Part shown: positions 37,755-49,900 of the stretch, piece after piece | How positions within the stretch are numbered: the first letter of the stretch is position 1 | Layout: each line of letters starts with the position of its first letter | Source: Protoeuglena noctilucae | Taxonomy: Eukaryota | Assembly: GCA_958009085.1 (NCBI GenBank) | Contig: OY253688.1 | Coordinates: 434,001 to 498,000, forward strand | Length of the DNA: 64,000 nt | Reading direction: 5' to 3' | Notes under the pieces: generated by a model | What the model saw: only the letters and a program-made list of their open reading frames with translations | Told to the model about the DNA's origin: nothing | Databases searched by the model: none | Translations under genes and position numbers: made by a program

Positions 37755-37968
37755 GGTGCTTGAAGCTGGAGCAGCGAATTGGAAGCAAGTGTGCATCGCC
37801 GTTCGCTCTTGGGCTGCAGCGCTCGGCACAGCTGTCAGCCTGTCAGACGAAGTGAGGATGCGCTTTTTCGGCTCCCAAGTGTAGGGTTGGATGTGAAATC
37901 GCTCCGGCTTGGACGGGGCGACCGATGAGCAGCTTATGGCGTAAATCTAAGCGAACCTGTCCCAGCCG

Positions 37969-40900
37969 ATGACGCAGCCGGCTTCCGACCTCTGGTCGGC
38001 TGTCCAGGTGAGCCCCGACGCTGTGGGTGCTTTCTAGACGAGGATGTGATGGTTGCGGCAGCCTGGTGGGCCGCCGCCACGAGCCCGTGAGAAGATGTTG
38101 CGCATCCGTCCATGTTTCGTGGTCTGGTGCCAGGTTGTGCCTGCAGTATCCATCTTTGCAACCAGGGAATGCCTATCAAAGCGCTGACGCAACCTCATCG
38201 CGCACGCGCAGGGTGGGCGCTTCTCGGAGGCCCTTAACTCCCTCCGGGGCCTCGAGCAGACGCATTCGCACGACATCCAACTCCAGCACAACGTCGCGGT
38301 CGTCAAGTTTCTAGCGGGTGGCAAGCGGGACCTGGCCGGCCTGGCCCGCTCGCTGGTCCACATCTCGAGATGTTGCGCAGCCCTGAGCCTCCGTGAGGAG
38401 GCCATCATGCGCGAGGCGTCGCACGGGGGCCCGATGAGCGTCGCTGCCATGGAGCGTGCCGTGGCGGTCGACATCGCTGACACCGTCGCGGCGCCGGAGT
38501 GGGGCGCGTCACTCCGTGGGGACCCGACCGCCCGGCAGGTGCCTCTCGCGCAGCCCGCCGCGCCGCAGCTCTCCTGCACGGTTTGTCGTGCGCATACCTA
38601 CCGTTTCATCACCTATTCCAGCCCACCGCGATCTACGCGCAACACGGAAGCACTCTTTCCATCGTGCAATCCCAGGTCGATGCCCGCGTGCCCTCTGGCG
38701 CTTTGGCCGCCGAGGTCGCTGACTTCCCTGAGGTGGCCTTCATGGCCGAGTATGACCCGAGCGTGGCGTGGAGCAACCTCGCCGCGGTGCTGGCCAGCCT
38801 GGGACGCTGGGACGAGGCGAGTCTCTCGCAGGCCGCGGCCGGGGGCTGACGGGGCACTATCTTCGCGACGGGTATTCTGATCCAATTCTCTATCGTCTGC
38901 GAACTACGCAGGCCGCCCAAGTCTGCCAGTCGGTGCTCACGATGTCGCATCTGATGCCGGGGCCGGCGGCGTGCGTCCTCTGCGCGACAGCGGCTGCGTG
39001 CGCGGTGCGCCGGGGCGACGTCCGAGGCTGCCTGCGTAGCCTGGACTTGCTGGGCCGCGCTGTGGAGCGGCTGCCGGGGCAGCCCGAGGCCTGGCAGTGC
39101 CGCGCGGGTGTGCTGCGAGGCGAGGCGCTCCTCATGTGCCACCGGCTGCACGACGCGGTGCAGCACAGCGAGGGCTTGCTGTCCGGCGCCGACCGCACCG
39201 ACCCTGCGCTGTGGCTGCTCGTGGACTTTGCCCGGCACGCCCAAGCGGAGGCGCGGGAGCCATCCCACCGGTGAGTGAGAAACACATTCCTGGCATGCCT
39301 TGGCCATGCAGGATTGCAAAATGGATCTTGCTCATCAGAAGATTTGATGCGATGATGTCGTAGACGATCAGTGGGACCGCCGGTATGAAGCTAGGCCAGT
39401 CACGCCACGCACCGACGCACCGCTCTGCTTTCGTTTCCTCTGCAGGCACCCCGCCCTGGGCCCCCGACTCCCGACGCCGGCCCTGGACCCCTCCGCGAAG
39501 CCCCAGGGCCTCGTGCGCCAGGCGCTGCAGCTCTCTCGGTTGGGCAAGCACCGTGCGGCCGCCGTCCTTGCTGCGAGGGCTACGGAGGCACCGGACGCAG
39601 AGTGGGGCGGGGACCCCGCGTCCCTACCCAGTACTGCGCGGTGGGCGGAGCTGCAATACCTGACGGCGCTGCAGGTGAGGCTGTGGCACGCTGGGCCGCT
39701 CACGGTTCAGGTCTCTGCATGCACCCCGCATGGCTAGCGACATTGTGATCGTCGCTGCAGCTTGTCGGCACAGGGAGGCTTTGCATGAAGCAGGGTTGCT
39801 TGCTTGAGCCTGACCGATTGCAAGCTCTCCTGGATAGATCTAGTCGCGGCTGTCAGCATCGCTCGTTTGCAGCGTGTCGCCTTTTGCCCCCTCTAACGAT
39901 GCAGCCGCTTCCGTCTGCTGCACGCAGCTGCTGCACACGAGGGACTGCGTTGGCGCCCTGCACTGCCTGGCGAGCGCCGTGGGGGCGTGCCCCGGGCTTC
40001 TGGAGGGCCGGGCGGAGTTCTGGGTTCGGGTGGCCGAGGCGACACTGGACGGGGTGCCTGGGCCGGCGTGGCTAGACCATGGGGAAGCAGACAACGGGGC
40101 CGGGGGCGGTGTGGGTGCGGAGACGGGGGGTGCCAAGGTTGCTGACGGGGCGGGCAACGGAGCCGTGCAGCACACGGGGCCGGGGCAGGGCCGGCCACCG
40201 GACCGTGCCTCGGGCACCGCGGCGCTGGACGCGGCTGCGACGGCGCTGCTCGCTGCCGTGGGGTTTCACGACGACGTGAGCGACGTGTGGTCGTGGGCGG
40301 GGCTGCCGGGGCCGGCGCGGGGCGCGGATGGGGGCGGGGGCGCTGCCGAGGCACCCAAGGCGAAAGGGCGCAAGTCCCGTGTGACCAAGAAGGAGGCAGA
40401 CAGCCGGGCGCAGGCACCGGCACCGGCACCGGCGGACGGTGGCGGTGCTGGCGGGGAGATGGCGCTCCCTGCGGCTCAGCTCGCGCTGGTCGCTTCTCGC
40501 CTGGCGGTGGCTCTGGCGCGGGACGAGGTGGAGCGTGCTGCGGCGGGCGCCAAGGAGGCCGCGGACCGAGCCGAGGCTGAGCAGAGCGCGGGAGTGGACG
40601 CGGGTAAGGTTGATGGACGCGCAGGGTGGCGGCAGTGATGCGATGACGGGCATGCGAGGTGGATGCAATCGCAAAGCCAGGCATGCGACGCAGCTATGGT
40701 CGCTGCCGGCTCCTTTTACTGGTGTCGTCATACACAGATCTACCTGTACTTAAGTGACTGCATGTGCTTTGGCATTACAATTAGCATCGGTAAGTCCCAC
40801 CCTCTTCTTGCACCCCGCAGCTGTCGAGGCGCTGGTGGGAGAGGCGTATGCGCAAGAGGTGTTCGTCGCGACGGCGCTCCTCCGCTCGTGCCTCGTTACG

Positions 40901-41914
40901 GGCGCGTACGTGGCGTTGGGCACGGGGAGGCCCAGGGATGCCGTCGCCATGTGTCGGGAAGCGATGGGCCTCAGCGACGGGTATCCTCAGGTGTGTGACC
41001 TGTCCGACCTGTCCTATGCCATACCCCAAGCCTGCGAGTCGACGTGACGTGTCATATAATAGCCACAACCACCGCGCAGCTCACCATGTCCCTGCCTCGA
41101 CCCGACTCAGGAGTATGCGTCGGTTCTGACACGCGCACTGGCGCTGGCGGGCCCCGTGCCGTCCCCGCTGTCCGCCGCGTGCCCTCCCCGCCTGCGAATG
41201 GACGAGGAGCAGGAGTCGTGCCTGCGTCTGCACCTGGCGGAGGGTCTGTGCCGCGTGGGGGCCGTTGACGATGCCCTGGCCACGCTCGTGGAGGCGCAGA
41301 GGTGAGGCGCATGGGTGGGTGTTGGGGTGGCAAGTAGTTTCTGGGCGCTGCCAGTCATAGAGCAAAGAAGGCGGCAAGAGTTGGCACAACGTTGGAGCGA
41401 CATGGACGTTCTTGCGTGACGTGCACTCTCTTCACATGCAACGCAGTGCGGTGGAGGCTACCCCGGGGCCCGGCACGATCGAGCGGCAGGCGCTCGTCCT
41501 CTCCAGCATCCTCACGGCACTCGCGGCGGCCGGGAGCCTGGACGAGGCGACAGAAGTGGACAGCCAGGCGAGTGGACGTGGACGAGCATTGCTGATGTGA
41601 AGCGCATCAGCAGCGCTGATGTGAACCTGCGTCACTAACCAATCACCGAGCTAGAAGAGTTGACACGCCGTGCGCCAACCTAAGCTAATATACCACTTTT
41701 TCGCCCGCAGCTGGCGGGGTTGCTGAGCAGGGAGGACGTGACGGAGGGCATCCGAAGGGTGACGGTCGGGGCGGCGGGGGATGGGGCGGAGAGAGATAAC
41801 ACCGTGAGCCTCGCCACCGTGCAGCACGCGGTGCTGGCACGGTCGTACCTGGCGATGCGGAAGGGGAACTACGGGGACGCGTGGAGCATGATATCCGCCG
41901 CGGGGGTGGCGTGA
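37969..41914 (+). CDS. CNOT10-like TPR protein (CCR4-NOT subunit 10), ~10 exons
   Basis: MTQPASDLWSAVQ|GGRFSEALNSLRGLEQTHSHDIQLQHNVAVVKF resembles the NOT10 N-terminus. LLHTRDCVGALHCLASAV...AEFWVRVAEA resembles NOT10 'LLH.G.P..AF.CL.....PRLWLRLAEC'. Further TPR-like helices follow; TGA at 41912-41914. Confidence 0.6.
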
Positions 41915-42180
41915 CGGGGTGGGCGAGTGATGGCGAGCGACAGTCGAGCGGCAAGCCGACAAGGGGCCGTTTGTGAGGCGCGTGTCTCTCTGCTTGAACG
42001 ACCGTTTCACGTCACGGCAGCACAACGGCAGCACCGCACCGATGCTGATTCACCCAATGATAGTGACTAGGTAGCCTACTCAGAGACAAGCTGCCTAGTT
42101 CCGGCTACAGATATGCCGATCAGTTGCCATCCAAACCCCCATGAGACATTACTGACCATCATGTGACCTCTGCAAAAGCT

Positions 42181-45100
42181 TCACGACCGGGCTGCCTCGC
42201 GCAACGACGCTGCGGTCGGCTTCATGTCCGACATGCCCTGCTCCTCCCTCACCACCAGGGACCCCTCCGTGGCCCTGCACGCATCGAACAAGCGGGTGGT
42301 TGTCGAACATCCAGCAAAACAGACCAGCTTTGGGCTGAGCCCAAACTCCCATCTAATCACGATCCACTCCAACAGGGTCGGCAGTCGTTGGTCACCAGGG
42401 TAGTACCTAGCACCCCATACGCCGTCCAGCGCATGCCGCAAAGCCACAGGCAAAGCCGCTGCAAACCAAAGGCGCCGCAAGTTGCCACAGGCACGCACCC
42501 ATGCGCCCTGCCGTTGGCGTCCGGCACGGTCTGGAGGTACTGCATGAGCTCTCCCGGGGAGCTCTGCACTTTCAAAACGGCACGGTAGCCCTCGAGGAGA
42601 GGCGCCACGTGCTCGGGCCCTTCGTCCACCAGCTCCACTCGCAGCCACCCGACCCCGGCCAGTGCCCAGCCACGCAGGAAGTACGTCCCCGTCTGCGCTT
42701 GCGCGTTGAACACCGTGTTCCTGCAGCCCTGGTCCGCCAGGATCAAATGATCCTTCCCCGCGCTGTCCCTGCGCATAGCGGAGATGGGGTGGGATGTTTG
42801 GCGGTAGGGTGCACTGGTAGTCGATGCATAGTGATGGAGTGGAATGCGCATCGAGTCTCCGTGGTTGAAATGCGACCAGCTTAGAACATTGCAGCCGACA
42901 CTCACCGCAGATGGATGGTGCTGCGCTCGCAGGGGTGCCCGCAGTCCTTGTAAGAGTTGCCGCTGGAGAGGAATCGACAGAACACGCAGTGCTCGGTGTG
43001 GAAGATGGGGAGGTGCTGGTGAACGATGGCCTCTAAAGAGCCACGCAGCTGCGACGAGACGGGGAGAGATGTGGTGACGGACGAGATTGCACAGCCACTA
43101 TGCGAAGCGAGATTATAGCACAAAGGGCCATTGTGCAGCTGCCGATCGTACTGCCCATCGTACCCGCAGCCTTGCTGAGGCTCACCTTCTCGTCGGAGTG
43201 GGCGCCCAGGGACAAGGCGAGGTCCCGTATCTGCAGCCCGTTCAGATCGTGGGTGGGCGTCAGGCGAGCGATGCCAGTCGAGAGGAAGTCCCGGGCCGAC
43301 AGCGAGTTGGCGGCGTTCAGGGAGAAGTCCCCACGGAGCTGCAAGAGAAAGTGGGGAAGGGTACAATCAGAAATAATACTGGGTCTAGCGTCTTTGGATA
43401 CAGCTGAGCAGAGACAAGCAGTCGGGCACTGCACAGCGAGGACTGCACCAAAGTGACCATCACAGGAAAGCAACCACCATCAGCGACAACTAAGCACAAC
43501 CACCCGTGCATTCCAGCACCAAGCGCCCCCACCCACCTCGGGCACGCCTTGTTCCCCACTCGCGCGCAGCCCCGCGAGCGTGTGGAGCATCCCAAGCGAC
43601 CTCACGAGCAGCGCGTCGGCCTTCAATCCCAGGTAGAACTGACTCAGGCGCTCCTCGTCGGGCTTGAGCACACGTGGGCAGGCCACCACGACCCGCCGCC
43701 CCGCCTCACGCACCCGCCCCACGCATTCCGGCAGTCCATGCACCTCCAGGAAATCAAGCACGATCTCTTCGACCCACGGCACGGCCAGGGCCGCCTCCGC
43801 CTGGGCGGGGTTGCGGCACAGCACGTTCAGTCGGGTCAACCCCGTCAGGTCTTGGCCCTGGTCTAGGGGCACCCCGTGGGCCTCCTCGGACGCCGCAGCG
43901 ACCCCGCGCTCGCGCAGGAGAGCTGGGAGGGCTGGTTCCGAGGTAATAACGTCTGCTTGGTCGACTCGTTGGTCCAAAGCTGCGAGGAAGGCCTCCACCG
44001 CTGCTCTCCGGGCCTCCTTGATGTCGCTCGCGGGGACGAAGAGCCCCGCGGCGACGTCCAGGCCGTCCGCGTCGAAGCGCGCGAGGCGGAGAGGGGTGCC
44101 GCCCAGCTCGCCGATGGCACGGGCCACCGAGTCGGGCAGCAGAGGGCGGCGGTCGGCGGGTGTGAGGGCCGAGGGCGTTGAGCCCTCCCCGCACACGCCG
44201 TCCTCGTTGGACACCTCCACTCGCAGGGGCTCTCCGATGGTGCCGGAAACGCGGACGGTGACGGCCATGCGCCGGCGGTCCGACTCAGCGACACTCTGCG
44301 TGGGGTGAGAGCGCGGGGGCCGACGGTGGGGCGATGGTCGAAACATCCAACAAACCGCGAGTGCTTGGCAACACGACAGATGCGCAGAGTCACCTCGTAC
44401 GTCTTCCTCAGCGCGCTCTCCAGAGCCAGGTCTCGCGTCCGCCACACCCGCGCCCCCACCGCCACCTCGCCCCACTCCAGCTGGCTCCCCAGCGTCAGCC
44501 GCACGACCCCACCCGACAGACCGCCTTCCCCAGACGCGGCGCTCTCAGCACCGGCCGTCCCAAGCTCCACAGCTCCCGATGCTTGTTCCAAACGCAAGCT
44601 GTCCTTCTTCGCCCCCCGACCCCCCAATCTCCCAGTCCCTCGCCCCGCACGCCCCACCCCGCCTGGCCCGGTACCCCTCGCTCCTGCGTCCACATCGCCC
44701 CTCGCCCCTGCCACCTGGCCCCGCACAGAGCCACCCCCGCGCACCGTCACGCGTCCCACGGCCCCCGCCACTTCTCGAATGTCGTAGATAACCCCTCCCT
44801 GCTCCCTCTGCGGGTCGCCTCCTTCGATGCAAATGCCGTCGCCCCGCTTGAGCGCCACCCCGCACAGCGTCACCTCAAGGGACCCGTCGGGCTGGGCGCG
44901 GGTGGGAGCCCTGACGGCCGAAACGTGACCCACGAGAACGCCCCTGCATAATGAGAGGCACACGATGGGGCGTTGTCTTGGTATGATGGGGTGCGCATAC
45001 ACAGCGAGTTGCACACCCTCACTGTTGTCTAGCATCCAGACTGGCCATGACAATCCCAGCTGCAACATTGCCAGCTACGACGTTGCACGCATGCGGCGGG

Positions 45101-46733
45101 GACAGCTGCGCTGACAGCCACGACGCAGTCGCCGTGCAGCGAGGCAGCCCAGTGATGGCGCCTCACCGGTGTTTGGGAGCCAAGCCCCGCACGAGCCGCT
45201 GGTGCTGCACGCCTCCCAGGAACCCCGGCGTGAGGCCATCGTGGCGCTCGTCCTGTCCGCGCGCAAAGACCTGGCGCAGGCTGACCAGGTCATCTGTAGC
45301 GACTGTCGCGATAGCGGCGGCGGGCGATGGGGGTGCGACGGAGCAATCCCCTTGCATCTCGGCCCAGGCACGGTCCACGGCTCGGCGATAGACCTGCAGG
45401 GAAAGCGGAAAGCGAAAGACGTCGCCGTCTGGGACAAACGTCGCGATGCCGCTCCGCAGAGCGCTCGCGAATGCCATATCGCATCTTGCCTGGGTGGTGA
45501 GGGCGACGTACTCGGGCCCCTTGAGCCGCCCCTCGATCTTAAAGCACGTGACGCCGGCCCGGATGAGCTCGGGGACGTGCTCCACGGCCATCAGGTCTTG
45601 CGGCGACAGCAGGTACCGCGTGTCTCCGAGGTCCCTCAGCGCCCCGTCCACCACCAGGCCATATGGCAGTCGGCACGTCTGGGCGCACTGGCCCCGGTTG
45701 GCCGAGCGCCCGCCCCAGGCCTCAGATGAGAAGCACTGGCCCGAGTAGGACACGCACAAGGCCCCGTGCACGAAGCACTCGACCTCGCACGACGTCTTGG
45801 CCGCCACGCGGGCAATCTGAGGGCACGAATACAGGAGTGGGTTTCGTTGATCGAAGCCGCCGTGAGTGGGATGGGATAGGAGTGCCAATGAGACGGCGAG
45901 GTGCAGGTTGGGTACGTGCGTGGACATGTGAGGGTACGGGCGCAGGGGCAGAGCCGTCCATCTGCGGCCCCGCACCTCAGCGACGCTCAGCTCGCGCCCC
46001 ACGACGACCCGCTTGGCCCCCAGGGACTGGGCGAACTCTGCGCCCTCGGCTGACGTGATGGACATCTGTGTGCTGGCGTGGACGCGCAGACGGGGCGCCA
46101 CGCGCTGGGCGAGCCGTGCCACGCCGACGTCCTGCACGATGACGGCGTCCACGCCGGCAGCCGCCACCACGCGCAAGGCCTCCTCCACTTGCGAGAGTTC
46201 CTCATCGAATGCGAGCACGTTCAGCGTCACGTACCCCTTGCAGCCACGGTGCCTGCGGGCGCAGAGGGTTTCGCCAAATAACATGCGCCCGCGCCCAAGC
46301 GCACCGTCCACGGCCCATGCATAGCTCTCCACGTAGCTATTCCTCACCGCAGGTAGCGCATCATATCGGGGAGCTCTTCGTACGTGAAATTGCTCGCCCT
46401 CCGGCGCGCATTGAAGCCCGACTGGAGGCCAAAGTACACTGCGTCGGCCCCGTTCTCGACCGCCGCGTGCAACTGGGGCCAACCGCCCACGGGAGCCAGC
46501 ACCTCGGGCTTCTTGTGCCCATGCAGCGGTGCAAACTGGCTCGGCTGCGCAACGGCCAAGCCAGCGTAGAGGTCGGGCATCTTTCTGCGCTCTGGGGCGT
46601 CTGCCGCCCTATACGAAGAGTCGTTGACGTGACGTGACGCTCCGACAGGCCAGGGACCTCGGAGTCGCGCACCCTCGCGAGAAACGGCGCGCTGCGCGGA
46701 CACGCCGGCCCCGGCCACGCCGGACCATCCCAT
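42181..46733 (-). CDS. Peptidase U32 family protein, long RlhA/YdcP-like form (probable rRNA hydroxylase with DUF3656-type middle region), with N-terminal extension, ~9-10 exons
   Basis: KPEVLAPVGG...AAVENGADAVYFG..FNAR, GYVTLN, DAVIVQDVG, HASTQMSIT, Fe-S motif FVHGALCVSYSGQC..SEAWGGRSANRGQCAQTCRLPY, FKIEGRLKGPEYV, GELGGTP, GDFSLNAAN, HTEHCVFCRFLS, DQGCRNTVFN. Confidence 0.9.
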
Positions 46734-46962
46734 GATGCTCTGCGCGACTTGCTGGAACGTCACGGGATTAAAGGAGTGGAGGAATGATGTAGGCGGTCAA
46801 AAAGCTCGCGGCGGCCGCGAGGGAGCCTGATGATGAAACGTCAGAACAGCTCCCTGTACCGGTCTAGAGCCGGATGGCGCCCTCCAGCTCCCAAGAATCG
46901 GCGGCAGACCGCCTCTATACTCTTAGGGTCGCGCGACCCCCTATCGCCCCCATTGAGTGAAC

Positions 46963-49900
46963 ATGAAGCCCGAGATGACGACGGCCGTTGTCGGGGCCAT
47001 CCTGTGTGGTGCGTACCCGATCCTATATTGACATCAATGCCATCGTGAAGTTCTAGGGAGCCCGCGTCCTTAGCTGGATGCGGCGCTTGACCTGCAGCCG
47101 CCCCGCCCTCTCACGATGTGGGGCCCCCGTGGCATGCGATGTCTCATTTGCGTTCCATACACTTTGCGTGCGCGCGGGTCGGCCCCAGCACCGCCCCATG
47201 GCCACGGGTTAGCATCCCCGAGCCGCGCGTTTCCTGGTGCCCCGGCTAGCCGGCCACCGGTCAGCACTCGCAGCTTTGTGCGTCGCCATCTTGCATATTC
47301 ACCCCATTGCCACGCATCTCTGTTGCCGAATCCAATCTCGAGGCCGCCGGGCGCGCCGGAGACCATACTGCGCCGTCGACGTTGCCACGCGGCCCTGCCG
47401 CCGACGCCGCGTCCGCGGCGTGCGTTCGCCGTGCCGGGATCGCATGTCACCAATCATGTCTTCCTTTCCGCAGCCGCCGCCGGACTGTTCGTCCTCCTCC
47501 GTGGCGGGAGCGGCCGAGACGCCCGCCGGGGACAGATGAAGAAGAGGCGAGGAGCCCTGCCGTCGGCGGTGGCGCCACGCGTTCCATTTGGATCACGAAT
47601 AATAAGAACTGCACGCTCCCGCGCGTGCAGGGTGTCTACGCGGACGATCAAGCGGTTCGGAGGGTCCCGTGCATCGCAGCGCTCGATCCGAAGCCCGCAG
47701 TCGTCGCACGACCACGACGCGGACGATGCGTTCTCTCCATCGCGACTGGAGACCGTAGAGGAGGGAATGAGCATGGCGCAGTGTCCTGCTTCGGGGGCGC
47801 GGGCGCACGACGGGCGTCCCAAGGCAGTGGGGCGTGGCGCAGGGCCTGCAGCTGCCCGGAACATCTTCGGATCGGAGTCGGCCATGTCCGACGAGCGCGC
47901 CGCGGAGAAGGAGGCTGCTGCACGGGCCAAGGCTGAGGCGGAGGCCGCTGCACGGGCTAAGGCTGAGGCGGAGGCCGCTGCACGGGCTAAGGCGGAGCAA
48001 GAGGCCGCTGCGAAGGCCAAGGCCGAGCAAGAGGCGGCTGACAAGCGGAGGGCTGAGGAGGAGGCGGCAGCGAGGGCCAAGGCTGAAGCGGATGCAGCTG
48101 CACGGGCCAAGGCGGAGGCTGCTGCCAAGGCCGAGCAAGAGGCAGCTGCACGGGCCAAGGCTGAGGCGGAGGTAGCTGCACGGGCCAAGGCTGAGGCGGA
48201 GGCGGCTGCGAGGGCCAAGGCAGAGCAAGAGGCTGCCGACAAGCGCAGGGCCGAGGAGGAGGCGGCTGCGAAGGCCAAGGCAGAGCAAGAGGCGGCTGAC
48301 AAGCGGAGGGCTGAGGAGGAGGCGGCTGCGAGGGCCAGAGCCGAGCAAGAGGCAGCTGCGCGGGCCAAGGCTGAAGTGGAGGCGCGGGCCAAGGCCGAGC
48401 AAGAGGCTGCCGACAAGCGCAGGGCCGAGGAGGAGGCTGCGGCCAAGGCTGAGCAAGAGGCTGCCGACAAGCGCAGGGCTGAGGAGGAGGCAGCTGCACG
48501 GGCCAAGGCAGAGCAAGAGGCTGCTGACAAGCGCAGGGCCGAGGAGGAGGCTGCGGCCAAGGCTGACCAAGAGGCCGCTGCAAAGCGCAGGGCTGAGCAA
48601 GAGGCGGCTGACAAGCGGAGGGCTGAGGAGGAGGCAGCTGCACGGGCCAAGGCTGAGCAAGAAGCGGCTGCTAAGGCCCAGCAGGAGCCTGGCGCCGATG
48701 CCGCTGCCAAGGAGGCCCCCGCGGCGAACGGGCATGCCGACAAGACCGCCGACGCCGACGCTGACGCCAAGGCCGCGGCCAACGAGCTGGTCCGCGCCGC
48801 GGAGGAGCGCGTGTCGGTCGCCCAGGGCACCGCGGAGGCGAGCGTCAGCGGCAGCGGGACCTCCGATGACGCCTGGTCGCGCCGCCGCCCCAAGCCCGCC
48901 CCCCAGGGCCCCGCGGCGGCCCCTCAGCCGCTGCAGGGCAAGGAGCGGCTGCTGGTGGCCGACGGCGTCGTGGAGGTCCTCAAGCACGATGCTGAGCCCA
49001 CGCAGCTCGACAAGGACACCTTCAAGGTGCGTGGCAGGGAGGGGCAGGGTGCAATCGGGGCTGGTCGGGGCAGGGCAGGACTGGTAGGCATGAAGGTGTG
49101 TGGCAGGTCGGAGAGGGCAGGCTATTCACGCCTCGCGCCGTCATCTTCACTCGGCGCCGTGCTGGCTTCCATGCTAATCCACCACACTTATAAACCTTAG
49201 AGTGGTATCCGTGTTGAGTCTCTCCTCCTCACCGTCCACCCACGCCCAGCACCCCTGTGCCGTGCCGCAGACGTGGGAGACGGCCTTCAACCTCTCGTCC
49301 CGCCAGGAGTTCTCTAAGGCAGAGAAGCTGCTCTTCCAAGCGGTCGAGACGCATCGGAACAACCCGGGCCAGATCCGCGCCCGCACCATGGTCTTCGTGT
49401 ACCGTTCCCTGGGCGAGATGCTCAACGTGACGGGCCGCTTCGACGCCAGCCGCCTGGCCCTGGAGGCTGCCCTGGGCTGCGCGGACCAGATGACGGCCGA
49501 GGGCGTCGAGGTGGGGCGCGCCACCAAGACGCGCTTGCTGGACGTCATGGGCCGCATCCTCGTGGGCCGGCCGGACCCGGACGTCGACGGCGCGGTGGCG
49601 TGCATGGAGGAGGCGCTGGCGGGGTTCGCGTCCATGCCGCGGCTGGCGCACGAGGGCGATGCGACGCGCGCTCGGCTGATCGACGTCGTGGCGCAGCTGA
49701 GGAGCCAGGAGGACGCCCTGCGTCTGCTGGACGAGCAGCTGGCGTCGCTCGATGCCGAGGCGGAGCGCGTGAGCAAGGCGTACGAGGAGGTGAAGGGCGA
49801 GGGGGAGGCGAAGGGGGCAGAGGGCGACAAACAGGGGGCAGAGGAGGATGAGGATGAGGATGGGGAAGCAGAGAAGGCGGAGGAGGCGGGCGAAGGCGGC

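Noticed and set aside
37476..37829. 117-aa minus-strand ORF as a separate small gene
   Set aside because: Its MAATLPVATP is better explained as exon 1 of CSP41a (phase-0 GT donor at 37724); the rest is intron.
47454..48987. Long antisense ORFs of 479 and 464 aa
   Set aside because: Shadows of the Ala/Glu/Lys/Arg repeat on the plus strand.
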